A program made the position numbers and the translations under genes. Below are positions 11,390 through 20,700 of a DNA stretch of 64,000 nt, one piece after another. The DNA is from Candidatus Nomurabacteria bacterium (GTDB taxonomy: Bacteria; Patescibacteriota; Minisyncoccia; Phycocordibacterales; UBA9973): contig JANPIZ010000001.1 of NCBI GenBank assembly GCA_031425235.1, positions 27,731 through 91,730 on the forward strand, given 5' to 3'. The notes under the pieces were generated by a model. It was not told the DNA's origin. It saw nothing but the letters and a program-made list of their open reading frames with translations, and ran no database searches. The number at the start of each line of letters is the position of its first letter. The stretch's first letter is position 1.

Positions 11390-11787
11390 TAAAATTTTAA
11401 TTCTTTAAATTCTTCTGTCTCTCGTTCGGTAAAGTTAGCAAATTGGGTATGTTCTGCTTTTGCCTGAGCTTGGATTCTGCTATTAAAAGTTTGTTGATTG
11501 TAAAAATACATCCCGACTGAAAAAAGAAGTACGCAAGCAAATGCATATACATAGCTTTTATTCATCCTTTGACAGAAAAGCAGGAAATTTCTCATAATCA
11601 AATTTTTATTCCGAATTTTTTGTCTAAAAATGTAGCTTTTAATTTCTTCTTCAGTGGTAACCCAATTGCGCCCCATCTTGTCCCCTTTTATTTCTTTTTT
11701 TCGTATGAGTGAACTCAAATAATCCTGGTGGTAGCCAGAAATTTGTGCCGCTTGGTGTAATGAGATTACTTTTTTTAAGTTTGGCAT
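11389..11787 (-). CDS. Small HTH (excisionase/MerR-like) DNA-binding domain protein with a C-terminal transmembrane segment, translationally coupled to the giant surface-protein gene
   Basis: 132 aa. The N-terminus [47 protein letters not shown] is HTH-like. A TM helix follows ([18 protein letters not shown]). Its stop overlaps the start of the downstream gene as TAATG, a 1-nt overlap. Confidence 0.6.
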   Translation of the reverse strand: MPNLKKVISLHQAAQISGYHQDYLSSLIRKKEIKGDKMGRNWVTTEEEIKSYIFRQKIRNKNLIMRNFLLFCQRMNKSYVYAFACVLLFSVGMYFYNQQTFNSRIQAQAKAEHTQFANFTERETEEFKELKF

Positions 11788-11975
11788 TTTTATAAAGAAA
11801 TATAAGGATATCTCGGATAGGCGATATATTCTTTTATGGGTATATTATAATATTATGCGAGCACAATAACCAGCAGTTATCCACAGTTTTGCAGGAAAAA
11901 GTTACCAATCTGAAAAATTTTGAAATTAGACCCATTTGATAGCTTTTTTATACTTACAAATGATATAATCAGCTC

Positions 11976-12965
11976 ATGGAAAAAATAGATTTTTTAGCGA
12001 TTGGGGATATTGTAATAGACGCTTTTATTAAATTGAAGGACGCAGAAGTATCAGGTGAGCCTGATACTGAAAATTATAAAATATGTGTACCTTTTGGAGA
12101 AAAAGTACCCTATGAGGAGGTGGATATTTTATATGCTGTGGGTAATGCCTCAAATGCCGCTATTTCAGCTGCTCGCCTGGGTCTTACCTCAGCACTTGTG
12201 ACAAATCTAGGAGAAGATAAAGATGGAGGGCAGTGCTTGGATACGCTCAAAAAAAATAACGTAGTGACTGATTTTGTAAAAATAAATCCTGGAATGAAAA
12301 CAAATTATCACTATGTACTATGGTACGGAGCGGAGCGTACTATTTTAATAAAACATGAAAAATATCCATATGAATTACCTGACGTAGGTGAACCAAAATG
12401 GATTTATTTTAGCTCTGTGAGCGACACGGCATTCCCCTTCCACAATATAGTTTCAGAATATTTAGAAAAACATCCCAATATAAACTTGGCTTTTCAGCCT
12501 GGTAAAAATGAAATAAAACTAGGCAAAGAAAAATTAGAAGGGCTTTATAAAAATTCAAAAGTTTTTGTATGTAATGTTGAAGAAGCAGAAAAAATACTTG
12601 GTGTCCAAAGTCTAGACATAGAAAAACTTTTACAAGGAATGCGTGAGCTTGGCCCTCAAATAGTACTCATTACAGACGGACCAAAAGGAGCCTATGCCTC
12701 AGATGGCAAAGATACATGGTTTATGAAGCCATATCCCGACCCAAAACCACCAGTATCAAGAACTGGTGCTGGAGATGCATTTGCTTCTACCTTTGTATCT
12801 GCAATAATTCTCGGCAAGGATCTACCTGAAGCAATGGCGTGGGCAGGAATAAATGCTATGGCTGTGGTCCAGCACGTGGGAGCAAATGTAGGACTACTTA
12901 CTAAAGAAAAACTCGAAGAATATTTAAAAACTGCTCCAGAAAATTACAAGCCTAAAAAAATATAG
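11976..12965 (+). CDS. PfkB-family carbohydrate/nucleoside kinase (ribokinase-like)
   Basis: 329 aa with the PfkB signature TGAGDAF and a Gly-rich N-terminal motif (AIGDIVID). Confidence 0.8.
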   Translation: MEKIDFLAIGDIVIDAFIKLKDAEVSGEPDTENYKICVPFGEKVPYEEVDILYAVGNASNAAISAARLGLTSALVTNLGEDKDGGQCLDTLKKNNVVTDFVKINPGMKTNYHYVLWYGAERTILIKHEKYPYELPDVGEPKWIYFSSVSDTAFPFHNIVSEYLEKHPNINLAFQPGKNEIKLGKEKLEGLYKNSKVFVCNVEEAEKILGVQSLDIEKLLQGMRELGPQIVLITDGPKGAYASDGKDTWFMKPYPDPKPPVSRTGAGDAFASTFVSAIILGKDLPEAMAWAGINAMAVVQHVGANVGLLTKEKLEEYLKTAPENYKPKKI

Positions 12966-12978
12966 TTCTTAAACTTCT

Positions 12979-12997
12979 ACATAGGAGTTTCCTATGT
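12979..12997. repeat. REP-like palindrome copy 1 (ACATAGGAGTTTCCTATGT)
   Basis: A 19-bp near-perfect palindrome with an 8-bp stem. It overlaps the stop codon of the RAYT gene. Confidence 0.8.
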
Positions 12998-13627
12998 ATT
13001 GTCAAAATTGAGCCATTCAAACAACTCTTTTTTGTGATCAATTGGATTTTTGAAATAAGTTGGAAACTCTTTTGGGTTTATGATTTTAAATTTTTTGTTA
13101 ATATATTCTTTTAAACTCGAATACCTATAATTAAAAATGTATTCTGATAAATTGTTAGTTTTTCTATTTTTTGTCTCTCTCCAATTTTTATCTATTAGTT
13201 TTGCTGGATTTAAATGTATGTATGAATAAAGATATTTTAAATACGTATCTTTACTTACATGACTTGATTTAAATACCCCTTCATATAATTTCCCTGTTCT
13301 TTCGTACTTTCTATTAAAGTACATAGAATATCCAGTTAGTAACTTGCGCATATATGTAGAAATACCATTTTCTATTTTTTCATGAGCCAATATGTGAAAA
13401 TGATTTGGCATTAAACAAAAAGCTCCTATATCAACAATTGTCTCTCCTCGCTCAAAAAACTCGTCAATATCTCTCAATATAATACTTTTTTTAGTATTAC
13501 AAATATCCATCAAAAACAAGAAGTGCTGGTAATCTTGTTCATCTAGAAATATTATTCTTTTCTCTGTGCCACGATTATATAAATGATAATATTCTCCTGG
13601 AACAAAAACTTGTTTTCTTAGAGCCAT
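12992..13627 (-). CDS. REP-associated tyrosine transposase (RAYT) / IS200-IS605-like Y1 HUH transposase
   Basis: 211 aa. It has the HUH motif (MPNHFHIL) and a catalytic Tyr region (YLKYLYSYIHLNP). The N-terminus GEYYHLYNRGTEKRIIFLDEQDYQHFLFLM fits the Transposase_17 pattern. Confidence 0.75.
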   Translation of the reverse strand: MALRKQVFVPGEYYHLYNRGTEKRIIFLDEQDYQHFLFLMDICNTKKSIILRDIDEFFERGETIVDIGAFCLMPNHFHILAHEKIENGISTYMRKLLTGYSMYFNRKYERTGKLYEGVFKSSHVSKDTYLKYLYSYIHLNPAKLIDKNWRETKNRKTNNLSEYIFNYRYSSLKEYINKKFKIINPKEFPTYFKNPIDHKKELFEWLNFDNT

Positions 13628-13641
13628 CTTTTAAGCATAAC

Positions 13642-13670
13642 ATTTCACATAGGAGTTTCCTATGTGAAAT
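13642..13670. repeat. REP-like palindrome copy 2 (extended: atttcACATAGGAGTTTCCTATGTgaaat)
   Basis: It has the same 19-bp core as copy 1, extended to a 13-bp stem. It lies about 25 nt upstream (minus orientation) of the RAYT start. Confidence 0.8.
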
Positions 13671-13675
13671 AAAAA

Positions 13676-14254
13676 TTAACCGAGTAATTCAAATTCTGTG
13701 TAGCCAAGTTTGCGCATCTCTATATAAACATTTTGAATTAATTTTATATGTCCAGTCATAAGTTTGAGCTCATTTTCTTCTTCTTCATTTAAATTATTCT
13801 TTGTTTCTAGTTCAAAAAACCTCGTACTATAATTTCGAAGATTCCATTCTTCCAATGAACCAAAATCATAGCCCAATTTTTCTATTACTTCATCAAAAGT
13901 ATTATGTAATTTTTTTGCCTTATCTGATTGCTTTTTCCTTTCTGGGTCATTTTGTATATCAACTACTGCACGAGGATCTAACAATTTTTCATCCCACTCT
14001 CGTCGTTTAAATCCTCCGGGAAAATGTCCAAGAAAACTATTTTGAAAACTTAGGAAATAAGCTGTGTCACTTGCCTTTGATAAGAATTCGATTTGACGCT
14101 TATACATATTTTCATAAAAAATGTCTCCTTTTTTTATTTCTAGTTCTTTTTTGGCATAGTTAAGGCTTGTTTCTCTTGAAGAGCGTAAATCATTTGTAAG
14201 TGAATCCGGACTGTAAACCTCACTTGCTTCGTTTATGGATCCTTCTATTGGCAT
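13676..14254 (-). CDS. Hypothetical protein (192 aa, cytoplasmic, charged) carried between REP copies 2 and 3
   Basis: Intact ORF in the track. I recognise no motif in it. REP palindromes flank it on both sides. Confidence 0.5.
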   Translation of the reverse strand: MPIEGSINEASEVYSPDSLTNDLRSSRETSLNYAKKELEIKKGDIFYENMYKRQIEFLSKASDTAYFLSFQNSFLGHFPGGFKRREWDEKLLDPRAVVDIQNDPERKKQSDKAKKLHNTFDEVIEKLGYDFGSLEEWNLRNYSTRFFELETKNNLNEEEENELKLMTGHIKLIQNVYIEMRKLGYTEFELLG

Positions 14255-14271
14255 ATAATTTAGTTTTAATT

Positions 14272-14304
14272 ATGGTTTACATAGGAAACTCCTATGTAAA
14301 CCAT
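14272..14304. repeat. REP-like palindrome copy 3, inverted core (atggtttACATAGGAAACTCCTATGTaaaccat)
   Basis: A 33-bp near-perfect palindrome whose core spacer GGAAACTCC is the reverse complement of GGAGTTTCC in copies 1 and 2. It contains the TAG stop and the last two codons of the transketolase C-terminal subunit gene. Confidence 0.8.
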
Positions 14305-15344
14305 GTTTTTCTTGCTGAAACTTTCTTCACTGCGCCTTTGATGCTTTCTTTTCCCATACCATAATGTTCTATGAGTTCATCAGGGGTACCACTTTGACCA
14401 AATATATCTTTGACTCCTATAAATTCTATTGAAGCTGGGAAGTTTTGCGCGAGAACTTCAGCGACTGCGCTCCCCATCCCCCCTGCTATTTGATGTTCTT
14501 CGACAGTAACTATTTTTTTAGTTTCTTTTGCGAGGGCGATGATCGCCTCGCTGTCGATTGGCTTAATACTCGCAAGATTTAATACCTTTGTTTTTATACC
14601 TTCCATTTCGAGTTCCTTCGCGGCAATAATCGCTCGATATAAAAGCCCACCTGTAGCAATAATACCAACTTCGGCAATTCCTACGTCTGGCATCCAATAT
14701 ATTTCTGCCTTACCCAAACTAAAAGGAGTTTCTTCTGTGGTTATAATTGGGGTTTTTTCTCGTGCCAAGCGTAGGTATGCTGGCTTCCCTGTTTTTGCTA
14801 AAGCAAGTGTCGCCTTTTTTGCCTCGATAGCATCACATGGGGATATAACATCCATGTTGGGAATTATGCGCATCAAAGCTATGTCTTCGAGTGCCTGGTG
14901 AGTGCCACCATCAGGACCGACAGAAATGCCCGCATGTGAACCCACTATCTTTACCGGCCTGTCGTTGTAGGCAATAGTCGTACGTATCTGCTCCCAGTTT
15001 CTACCAGGCGAAAACATCGCATAGGAAGAACAAAAAGGAATTTTCCCCATCGCCGCCATACCTGAAGCAACTGTCGCTAAGTTTTGTTCCGCGACTCCGA
15101 TTTCAATAAAACGCTCAGGAAATCTATCTTTGAAAAAATTCATCTGGGTAGACTCAGTAAGGTCAGCACACAAAGCAACAACATTTTTATCAGCTTCTCC
15201 AGCCAGCAGTAAGCCCTGCCCAAATCCCTTTCGTATTGGTGCTTGCTCAACATCGTCGTTGAAAAGTTTAGGATTTAATTTTAATTTTGGGTTTAACATT
15301 GATTTTATTAACTCACGCCGTATAGTCATTTTGACGCGGCGCAA
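14292..15344 (-). CDS. Transketolase, C-terminal subunit (pyrimidine-binding and C-terminal domains)
   Basis: 350 aa with the motifs FIEIGVAEQN, GPDGGTHQALEDIA and KPID. Confidence 0.85.
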   Translation of the reverse strand: MRRVKMTIRRELIKSMLNPKLKLNPKLFNDDVEQAPIRKGFGQGLLLAGEADKNVVALCADLTESTQMNFFKDRFPERFIEIGVAEQNLATVASGMAAMGKIPFCSSYAMFSPGRNWEQIRTTIAYNDRPVKIVGSHAGISVGPDGGTHQALEDIALMRIIPNMDVISPCDAIEAKKATLALAKTGKPAYLRLAREKTPIITTEETPFSLGKAEIYWMPDVGIAEVGIIATGGLLYRAIIAAKELEMEGIKTKVLNLASIKPIDSEAIIALAKETKKIVTVEEHQIAGGMGSAVAEVLAQNFPASIEFIGVKDIFGQSGTPDELIEHYGMGKESIKGAVKKVSARKTWFT

Positions 15345-15346
15345 AC

Positions 15347-16228
15347 TTACTCGTGTTCACTCTTAATCTTACCTCCGAGGGTTCGGAGTTCATGAAGTGC
15401 TCTTTTCCCTTGTTCTTTGTCAGGAATACCTACTCCTGGAGCGCCTCCATGCCATTTATAATTCCTCTCAAACTCATGCACTCCTTTGCCAGGTATCGTA
15501 TGCGCAATAATGACTATCGGCTTCCCATAAATCGCCTGCGCTTCTTGCACAGCTTCGTTTAAACCTGTAAAATCATGCCCCCCCACTTCTATTACATGCC
15601 AATTAAATGCACGCCACTTGTCTGCCAGCGAATTAAGAGGCATTATATCCTCCGTAAACCCATCTATCTGAATATTATTTCTATCAACAATTGCAATCAA
15701 ATTTCGTAATTTATTTTTACTCGCGAGCATAATTGCTTCCCAGTTATTTCCTTCATCGAGTTCGCCATCGCCAAGGAAACAATAAATAAATCTATCTTTA
15801 TCTTTCTGGTCAATTCTATCTGCAAGTGCCATGCCGACTGCTTGTGAAAGTCCGGAACCAAGAGGCCCTGAACTATTTTCAAGCCACGGCATGTATTCAC
15901 GATGTGGATGACCTTGGAGACGTGAGCCGAATTTTCTTAGAGTTTTTAATTCTTCCAGCGGAAAATAACCCGCATGAGCCATCGCGGCATACAACACTGG
16001 ACAAATGTGACCATTTGAAAGCACCAGTCTATCGCGTTCTTCCCACATTGGATTTTTAGGATCATGTTTTAGTACGTGAAAATAAAAAAGTGTGAAAATG
16101 TCAGCCATACCGAGTGGCCCCGCAGTATGTCCACTCCCCGCTGCAAGCAACATTTCAATAATACTCTTCCGAATATCATTTGCTTTCAGTTCCAACTCTT
16201 CTATTTTTTTATCAGATAAAAATGCCAT
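15347..16228 (-). CDS. Transketolase, N-terminal subunit (TPP-binding)
   Basis: 293 aa with the motifs GSGHTAGPLGMADI, GHPH and GDGELDEGNNWEA. It lies 2 nt upstream of the C-terminal subunit gene. Confidence 0.85.
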   Translation of the reverse strand: MAFLSDKKIEELELKANDIRKSIIEMLLAAGSGHTAGPLGMADIFTLFYFHVLKHDPKNPMWEERDRLVLSNGHICPVLYAAMAHAGYFPLEELKTLRKFGSRLQGHPHREYMPWLENSSGPLGSGLSQAVGMALADRIDQKDKDRFIYCFLGDGELDEGNNWEAIMLASKNKLRNLIAIVDRNNIQIDGFTEDIMPLNSLADKWRAFNWHVIEVGGHDFTGLNEAVQEAQAIYGKPIVIIAHTIPGKGVHEFERNYKWHGGAPGVGIPDKEQGKRALHELRTLGGKIKSEHE

Positions 16229-16270
16229 TCCTTATATTATACCATTGATACAGAAAGAATATAAGTAAGT

Positions 16271-16516
16271 TTATCCTAATTTATCTAGATTTGGTTTCTT
16301 GTTTATTATTCTTCCGTAAGGCGCATTAGACATATTCCCGTTTTGATCTACTTCATCAGTTGTTATTAATTTTTGATTAGTCTCGCGGTCAAATTCATCC
16401 TGAATCGCACATCCTGTACAACGTGCTCCGGTTTCCGGAAAGACAAGAACTTTTCTGCAATTTAGGCAAACCTCCTTTGTTTGTTTTTCATTACTTGGGA
16501 ATTTATTTTCTTCCAT
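16271..16516 (-). CDS. Small zinc-ribbon protein (two CxxC pairs)
   Basis: 81 aa with CLNC...CTGC. Confidence 0.45.
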   Translation of the reverse strand: MEENKFPSNEKQTKEVCLNCRKVLVFPETGARCTGCAIQDEFDRETNQKLITTDEVDQNGNMSNAPYGRIINKKPNLDKLG

Positions 16517-16527
16517 ATAACTTTATA

Positions 16528-17268
16528 TTATTGAATAATCTCAAATTTTTCTATCGTGCTTATTATATCATCTGTGTTAAAAATTGCAGAACCTATAACG
16601 AGCCGGTCTGCGCCTAGAGCGATAAGCTTCGGTGCTGTTTCCATATTTACTCCGCCATCAACTGAAACAATCAAGTCGGAAAATTTTTCTTTTAATTTTT
16701 TTATTTGATCCAAACATTTTTCGTCAAACTCTTCGCCTTGTGACCCTATACGTGCAATGCCCATAACTTGTATAAAATCTACAGAATTTACTAATGGGAA
16801 AATCTTCTCCACTTCTGTATCTTGATTGAGAGCTATACCTATCTCTATCACATCGCGTACATAACTATCTATTCCCTCTAAGAAATTTTTGAATTCTTCT
16901 ATCCGACCCACTGCCTCTAAGTGAAAAACTATTCTTCGTGGCCCAAGCTTAGTATATATATCAAAATTCTGCACTGCGTCATGTACCATGAGGTCGAGTT
17001 CGAACTCCACATCTTCCCAAAAGGGCATACCTTCTTGCTCATTTAAAATTGCTGCAAAATGGTGCTCCAAACTATTTTCCAAAAAAACTTCCTCATCATT
17101 TTTCCCCAAAAAGGGCCAGGTGGTACTTTTTACAAATATTCCATCGCATATATCAACTTGCACCACAGGTACAATTCCACGAACAAGTGAGATTTTATTT
17201 TTTAAGTCTTCGTAGTTTCTTGGCAATATTGCGGGTATTATTTCAATCATAGAATTAGTATTTTGCAA
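16528..17268 (-). CDS. rpe: Ribulose-phosphate 3-epimerase-like (TIM-barrel) protein
   Basis: 246 aa with IIPAIL, VQVDICDGIFV, HLEA and VDGGVN...GADRLVIGSAIF. It is longer than canonical Rpe. Confidence 0.65.
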   Translation of the reverse strand: MQNTNSMIEIIPAILPRNYEDLKNKISLVRGIVPVVQVDICDGIFVKSTTWPFLGKNDEEVFLENSLEHHFAAILNEQEGMPFWEDVEFELDLMVHDAVQNFDIYTKLGPRRIVFHLEAVGRIEEFKNFLEGIDSYVRDVIEIGIALNQDTEVEKIFPLVNSVDFIQVMGIARIGSQGEEFDEKCLDQIKKLKEKFSDLIVSVDGGVNMETAPKLIALGADRLVIGSAIFNTDDIISTIEKFEIIQ

Positions 17269-17743
17269 TACGTCGTTCGTGTCGTTTATCGCCAGAAAAT
17301 TCAGTTTTTAAGAAAAGCTCTGTGGCAAATTTCGCTTGATCCTCCAATACAAACCGTACGCCGATAGATAAAATATTTGCATCATTATGCATACGTGCAA
17401 GCTTGATTATTTCGAAAGGATCGCCACTTTGTTCTCCTTTCACATCAATTGAGCTTTGCGGTAACATTTCTCCGTAAAATACCGCGGCTCTTGCGCCAAG
17501 AATTCTATTTACAGACATAGCTTCACCTTGACCAGAACCACCTATGACAATACCAAAGCTTCCTTCTTCATTTGCCACACTTTTAGCAACCTCAGAACAA
17601 AAATCCGGATAATCATCATCAGCATCGTATGTGAAAGCACCTTTGTCTATAACTTCATAACCCAAACCAAGCTCAGGTAAATAAGCTTTTAGTTTTTCTT
17701 TTAATTCGTAACCTGCATGATCTGCTCCAATGTAAATTTTCAT
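17255..17743 (-). CDS. rpiB: Ribose-5-phosphate isomerase B
   Basis: 162 aa with MKIYIGADHAGYELK and GIVIGGSGQGEAMSVNR. Confidence 0.85.
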   Translation of the reverse strand: MKIYIGADHAGYELKEKLKAYLPELGLGYEVIDKGAFTYDADDDYPDFCSEVAKSVANEEGSFGIVIGGSGQGEAMSVNRILGARAAVFYGEMLPQSSIDVKGEQSGDPFEIIKLARMHNDANILSIGVRFVLEDQAKFATELFLKTEFSGDKRHERRIAKY

Positions 17744-17784
17744 ATTATTATTATTATATCACGCCTAAATACTAATTATAAACT

Positions 17785-20700
17785 TTACTTTTCCCAAATA
17801 ACGGACAAATCTTTTTGAAAAACATAATTCCCTCCTAGGGCATGAGGGTTTGTAAGGCTAACCTTTTTTGGAAGATTGTCTTTACCTCGAAGCACAGATG
17901 CAGTAAGTGTTTCTTGAAATTTCCCTGGTCGGTTTGTGCTGCGTCCATGAGTCGTATCTACCAAAACACCGTTAAATCCATTTTCTTCTGCAAAATTCGT
18001 AACTTGTTTTGTTATCCATTGATATAATTTTCCTGCTGACACTTTACTAACAATATCAGTCGATGGATTTGGACAATATAATAAATATTTTTTACGCTTT
18101 GATTCCTCCATTTTCAGCAGCATAACTGTGCCGATATTCTTCTTTCTGTCTTCATCAAAAAGTACGAATTCAAAATATTCTTTCTTTTCAAGCATCTTTA
18201 GGTCGGCTGCAATACAAACATCTGCAACCATTCTCGCATGCGCATTCTCACGATTTTTACTAAAATACCCATGAATAGAACGTTTTTTGAGTGACTTCTC
18301 TTGTTCACCAAATTCTTTTTTAAGTACTTCAGTTTCCATTACCTCTTCGTACTTTTCTAGTTCTTTGGAAATCTCTGTGTAGCATTCATTTTGTATTTTC
18401 TCTATTTTCTTATTACTGATATCACCGACGACAGAGTCATCAGACATTTTTTCCATTACTTGCTGAAGAAGCTCGGCAGGAACTGAAGCGAGATCAGTTG
18501 TTTCAAATTTTGCAGATATTTCTTGAGCCATTTCTCGCATGTGTGGAAGGTGTTGAAAACGATTTATCAATGATATCAATACTTTTTTTCGAACAACATC
18601 AATAGTGATTCTTTCTTTAGGAATTTTTTGCAAATCAGTTACAATTTTATTCCCCAATTCTTTGACGTCTGCCTCAGAAATTCCTGTGGACAAGTACTCA
18701 AAAAAAGATTTATCAGGACTTTTCACAACTTTTTGTAAAATCTCCCTGATGGTTTCTTTCAATCGATCACCAAATCTTTCGGCCAGCTCAGAAAGCATTA
18801 TATAATTCTTTTCTATATGGGAACTATCGTCAGTAATTCTATCTCTAGTGCCTTGTACAAATGCTTCGTATTCACCTGAGAGTTGATATGAAAACAAAAT
18901 GTCGGCTATTTCCTCATTTGACTTCTCTTCTAAATACATCAAAAGTTTTCCTTCAAGAGTTTTGGGTGAATCTTCTTTTTTTTCTATTTTTTCATCTAAG
19001 AATTTCTCTAAACTTTCAGGATTTGCTAAAGTACTTAGCTTTTGTAAGCGCCCCGAATATTTTTCTAAAATTTTTAAATCAAGTATTTGCCCTTCTTTCA
19101 CGCGATATTCTGAGACTCCATCTAGTTGAACCCCGTAACCGGTTTTATTGTATTTATAATTCTCAAGGTCAGCGGACCTATCTTCATATTGATCTAAATA
19201 TGCATACGTATCATAATTTCTTTTCGAGTAAACCATTTCACAAGTAATACGATATTCATCTCCTGTTGCGTCAATGGGTTGATTATGGGCAAGTTTTTCT
19301 GCGTTGGTTTTTATATTTTCTAGATATTGATCACGTTTGTCTGTGGAGTTTTTATCTAATACATCTTCATCTAAAAATGTATGCATATAAAGTAATTTTA
19401 AATTCTCTTCGTATGGTGCAACCTCATTCAAAAGTACTTTGACTTTTTCACTCACTATTTTGGCTTGTTTACTATCTTTTGTAACCGCTACCTCCCTTAA
19501 AACACCTTTTATATCACCACTTGAAAATTCTTGTTTAGTTAATGATTCGTTTAATTCTGATATCACACCTATAATACCACTCATTTCAGCTTGAGTAATA
19601 TTTAGTTTGATAATAGGAAACATGTCTTTAGGGGTACCATCGATAAGATTACATAAAGCATCTAAGTTCTCGATATACTTTTTAGCGGCTACTTCATCAT
19701 CTTTCAATAAGTCGAATAAGACGTGGCTGCCTAGTGTTGACTGTGTGAGTGATCTAAGAATCGATGAACGTAGTTCCTCACTTTTATCAACTACTAATAT
19801 GTTTTTAAGAGATTTAAAAACAACAAGCCATTGATCAAGCTCCTCATCAGTAAGTTCTTTGAATTTGCTAAAATATATTGGACTTTCCCGCCACATTGAT
19901 TTCAATCCATCGTTTCCAAAAAGTAAAGTTTGATTTAATTTTTGGATATAATCCTGATACTTTTTTTCTAATTCAAATCCCACCTTACTAAAATCGAAGC
20001 TATTAATTAATTTATATATTGTCTGATCTTTGGTATAGTCAGAATAATCAGCCTCCTTTTTCATTTCAGCTTGATATATTTCAGGAGAAAGATTTTTAAA
20101 CTCTATAAGTTTTACATTATTAGGTGAAATGATTTCAGTTAAATTGGTATATATTTTTTCATCAAATTGTTGGGGTTGAAAAGTGGAATCTTTATGACCT
20201 TTAAAAAGAGCGTTGAGTGTCCTCTTGTCTTTTTCTTTAATCAACCTCTCAACATAGGCTACTTTTGTCTCCGCCTTCATTTTAAACAATAATAAATGTT
20301 CTTGCTTAAATTGTACTGCTTGTTCTATAAGCCAATCATATTCATGTTTTATGATCCAATCTAAAAGATCTCTTCGGGAATCTAAAAATCCTAAATTACC
20401 TGATGTAATTAATTCACGCGCTATATCTAAGCTCTTTATAATACCAAGATCAAGCTCCTCTGAACCTGTAGGAATATATTCCGCCCTGAGATTCATTTTA
20501 AATGGCATTGAGTCTAGTTGAGCTAAGGCAGCCTTACAGTTCGGATCGTCTTTAGGAATTTCGAATTCACCGCTATGTGAACTTTTTGTGACCCAGTTAT
20601 TTTTTATAATTTCTTTGATGACTTCAGGTGTATCAAGATTCAGACTCTGCACTATATTCAATTGATCTTTTACTAGATTCGGATATTTAACGTTTTGTGA

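Larger units (their letters stand above)
12979..14304. mobile_element. REP/RAYT cassette: REP1 - Y1 HUH transposase - REP2 - unknown cargo gene - REP3 (inverted)
   Basis: Three copies of the same palindrome core bracket two minus-strand genes. It is inserted between the PfkB kinase gene and the transketolase operon. Confidence 0.6.
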
